From NCBI RefSeq assembly GCF_018350175.1, contig NC_058368.1, forward strand, positions 226,426,001-226,490,000: 64,000 nt of DNA. Direction: 5' to 3'. The first letter of the stretch is position 1; each line of letters starts with the position of its first letter. The notes below the pieces were generated by a model, which was not told the DNA's origin, made no database searches, and saw nothing but the letters and a program-made list of their open reading frames with translations. Both the position numbers and the translations under genes were made by a program. Below, piece by piece: positions 63,347 to 64,000 of the stretch. Origin of the DNA: Felis catus. Taxonomy: Eukaryota.

Positions 63347-63527
63347 TTTTCCTTCCTTCCTTCCTTCCTTCCTTCCTTCCTTCCTTCCTTCCTTCCTTCC
63401 TTCCTTTTTTCTTTATTTCTTTCTTTTTTCTTTCTTTTTCTCTTTCTCTTTTTCTCCCTCCCCCCATCTCTCTCTTCCTTTCTCACTTCCTCCCTTCTCC
63501 CTCTTCCTTCCTTTCTTCTTTCTTTAT

Positions 63528-63582
<55 letters not shown>

Positions 63583-63734
63583 CCTCTTTTCTTCTCTTTC
63601 TCTCTCTTTTTCTCCCTCCCTCCCTCCCTCCCTCCATCTCTCTCTCTCTCTCTCTCTTTTCCTTTCTCAGTCCCCCCCATCTCCCTCTTCCTTCCTTCCT
63701 CCTTCCCTCCTTCCCTCTCTTCCTTTCTTCCTTA
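63347..63734. repeat. Compound (CCTT)n/(TTTC)n/(CCCT)n/(CT)n polypyrimidine tract
   Basis: About 390 bp, almost purine-free; explains the F/L/S/P-rich and K/E/R-rich ORFs. Confidence 0.97.
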
Positions 63735-64000
63735 ATTAGCTTATCCATTGACCTTCTTCTAATAGTCCAGATAACTGTGGTTTTGGAAAGAAGGAGGGTC
63801 TACATGGGAGGTAGAGCAAATATTTTTTGAGCAATCACACCCAACCTCTCCTTAATACTGACTTACACTGCTGCAGCATTCTAGTCTTTTCGAAGCACAG
63901 CTGGCTTGGAATCCAGACCTCCTAATTCCCAGTCAGAGTTTGTCCCGTTCTGATACCTGTCCTTCTCTCAAACTTGACTATAAACCCCAAAGTTGTGCTG

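Noticed and set aside
63268..63748. 145-155 aa hydrophobic ORFs and K/E/R-rich antisense ORFs
   Set aside because: Translations of (CCTT)n/(TTTC)n simple repeats.

Overview
This is mammalian, not microbial, DNA: a non-coding (intronic or intergenic) 64-kb stretch of a felid genome, shown by about 34 tRNA-derived carnivore SINEs (Can-SINE/SINEC), including feline SINEC_Fc-type copies and a feline L1 3' end. I found no protein-coding exon, RNA gene or CRISPR array that I can support. The ORFs in the track that I can account for come from SINEs, L1 ORF2 remnants, L2 or simple repeats; the others are short and match no protein I recognise. The rest of the window is ancient eutherian repeats (MIR, L2, MLT1/MLT2/LTR33 solo LTRs, MER5A/MER53/MER58A/MER94/MER115-like hAT MITEs, two Tigger-family copies), microsatellites and unique sequence. 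I see no evidence for a new biological system. The observations most worth checking are structural or regulatory: a ~116-bp AT-rich palindrome split at its centre by a SINE (55.2-55.5 kb), a ~90-nt pre-miRNA-like hairpin with a dispersed partial copy (3.1-3.7 kb), RFX X-boxes with an adjacent forkhead site (55.65 and 58.93 kb), a motif-dense candidate enhancer (47.8-48.2 kb), and several informative nested insertions. Repeat subfamily names are from recall of consensus sequences and the ends of old repeats are approximate; both need RepeatMasker/Dfam confirmation.
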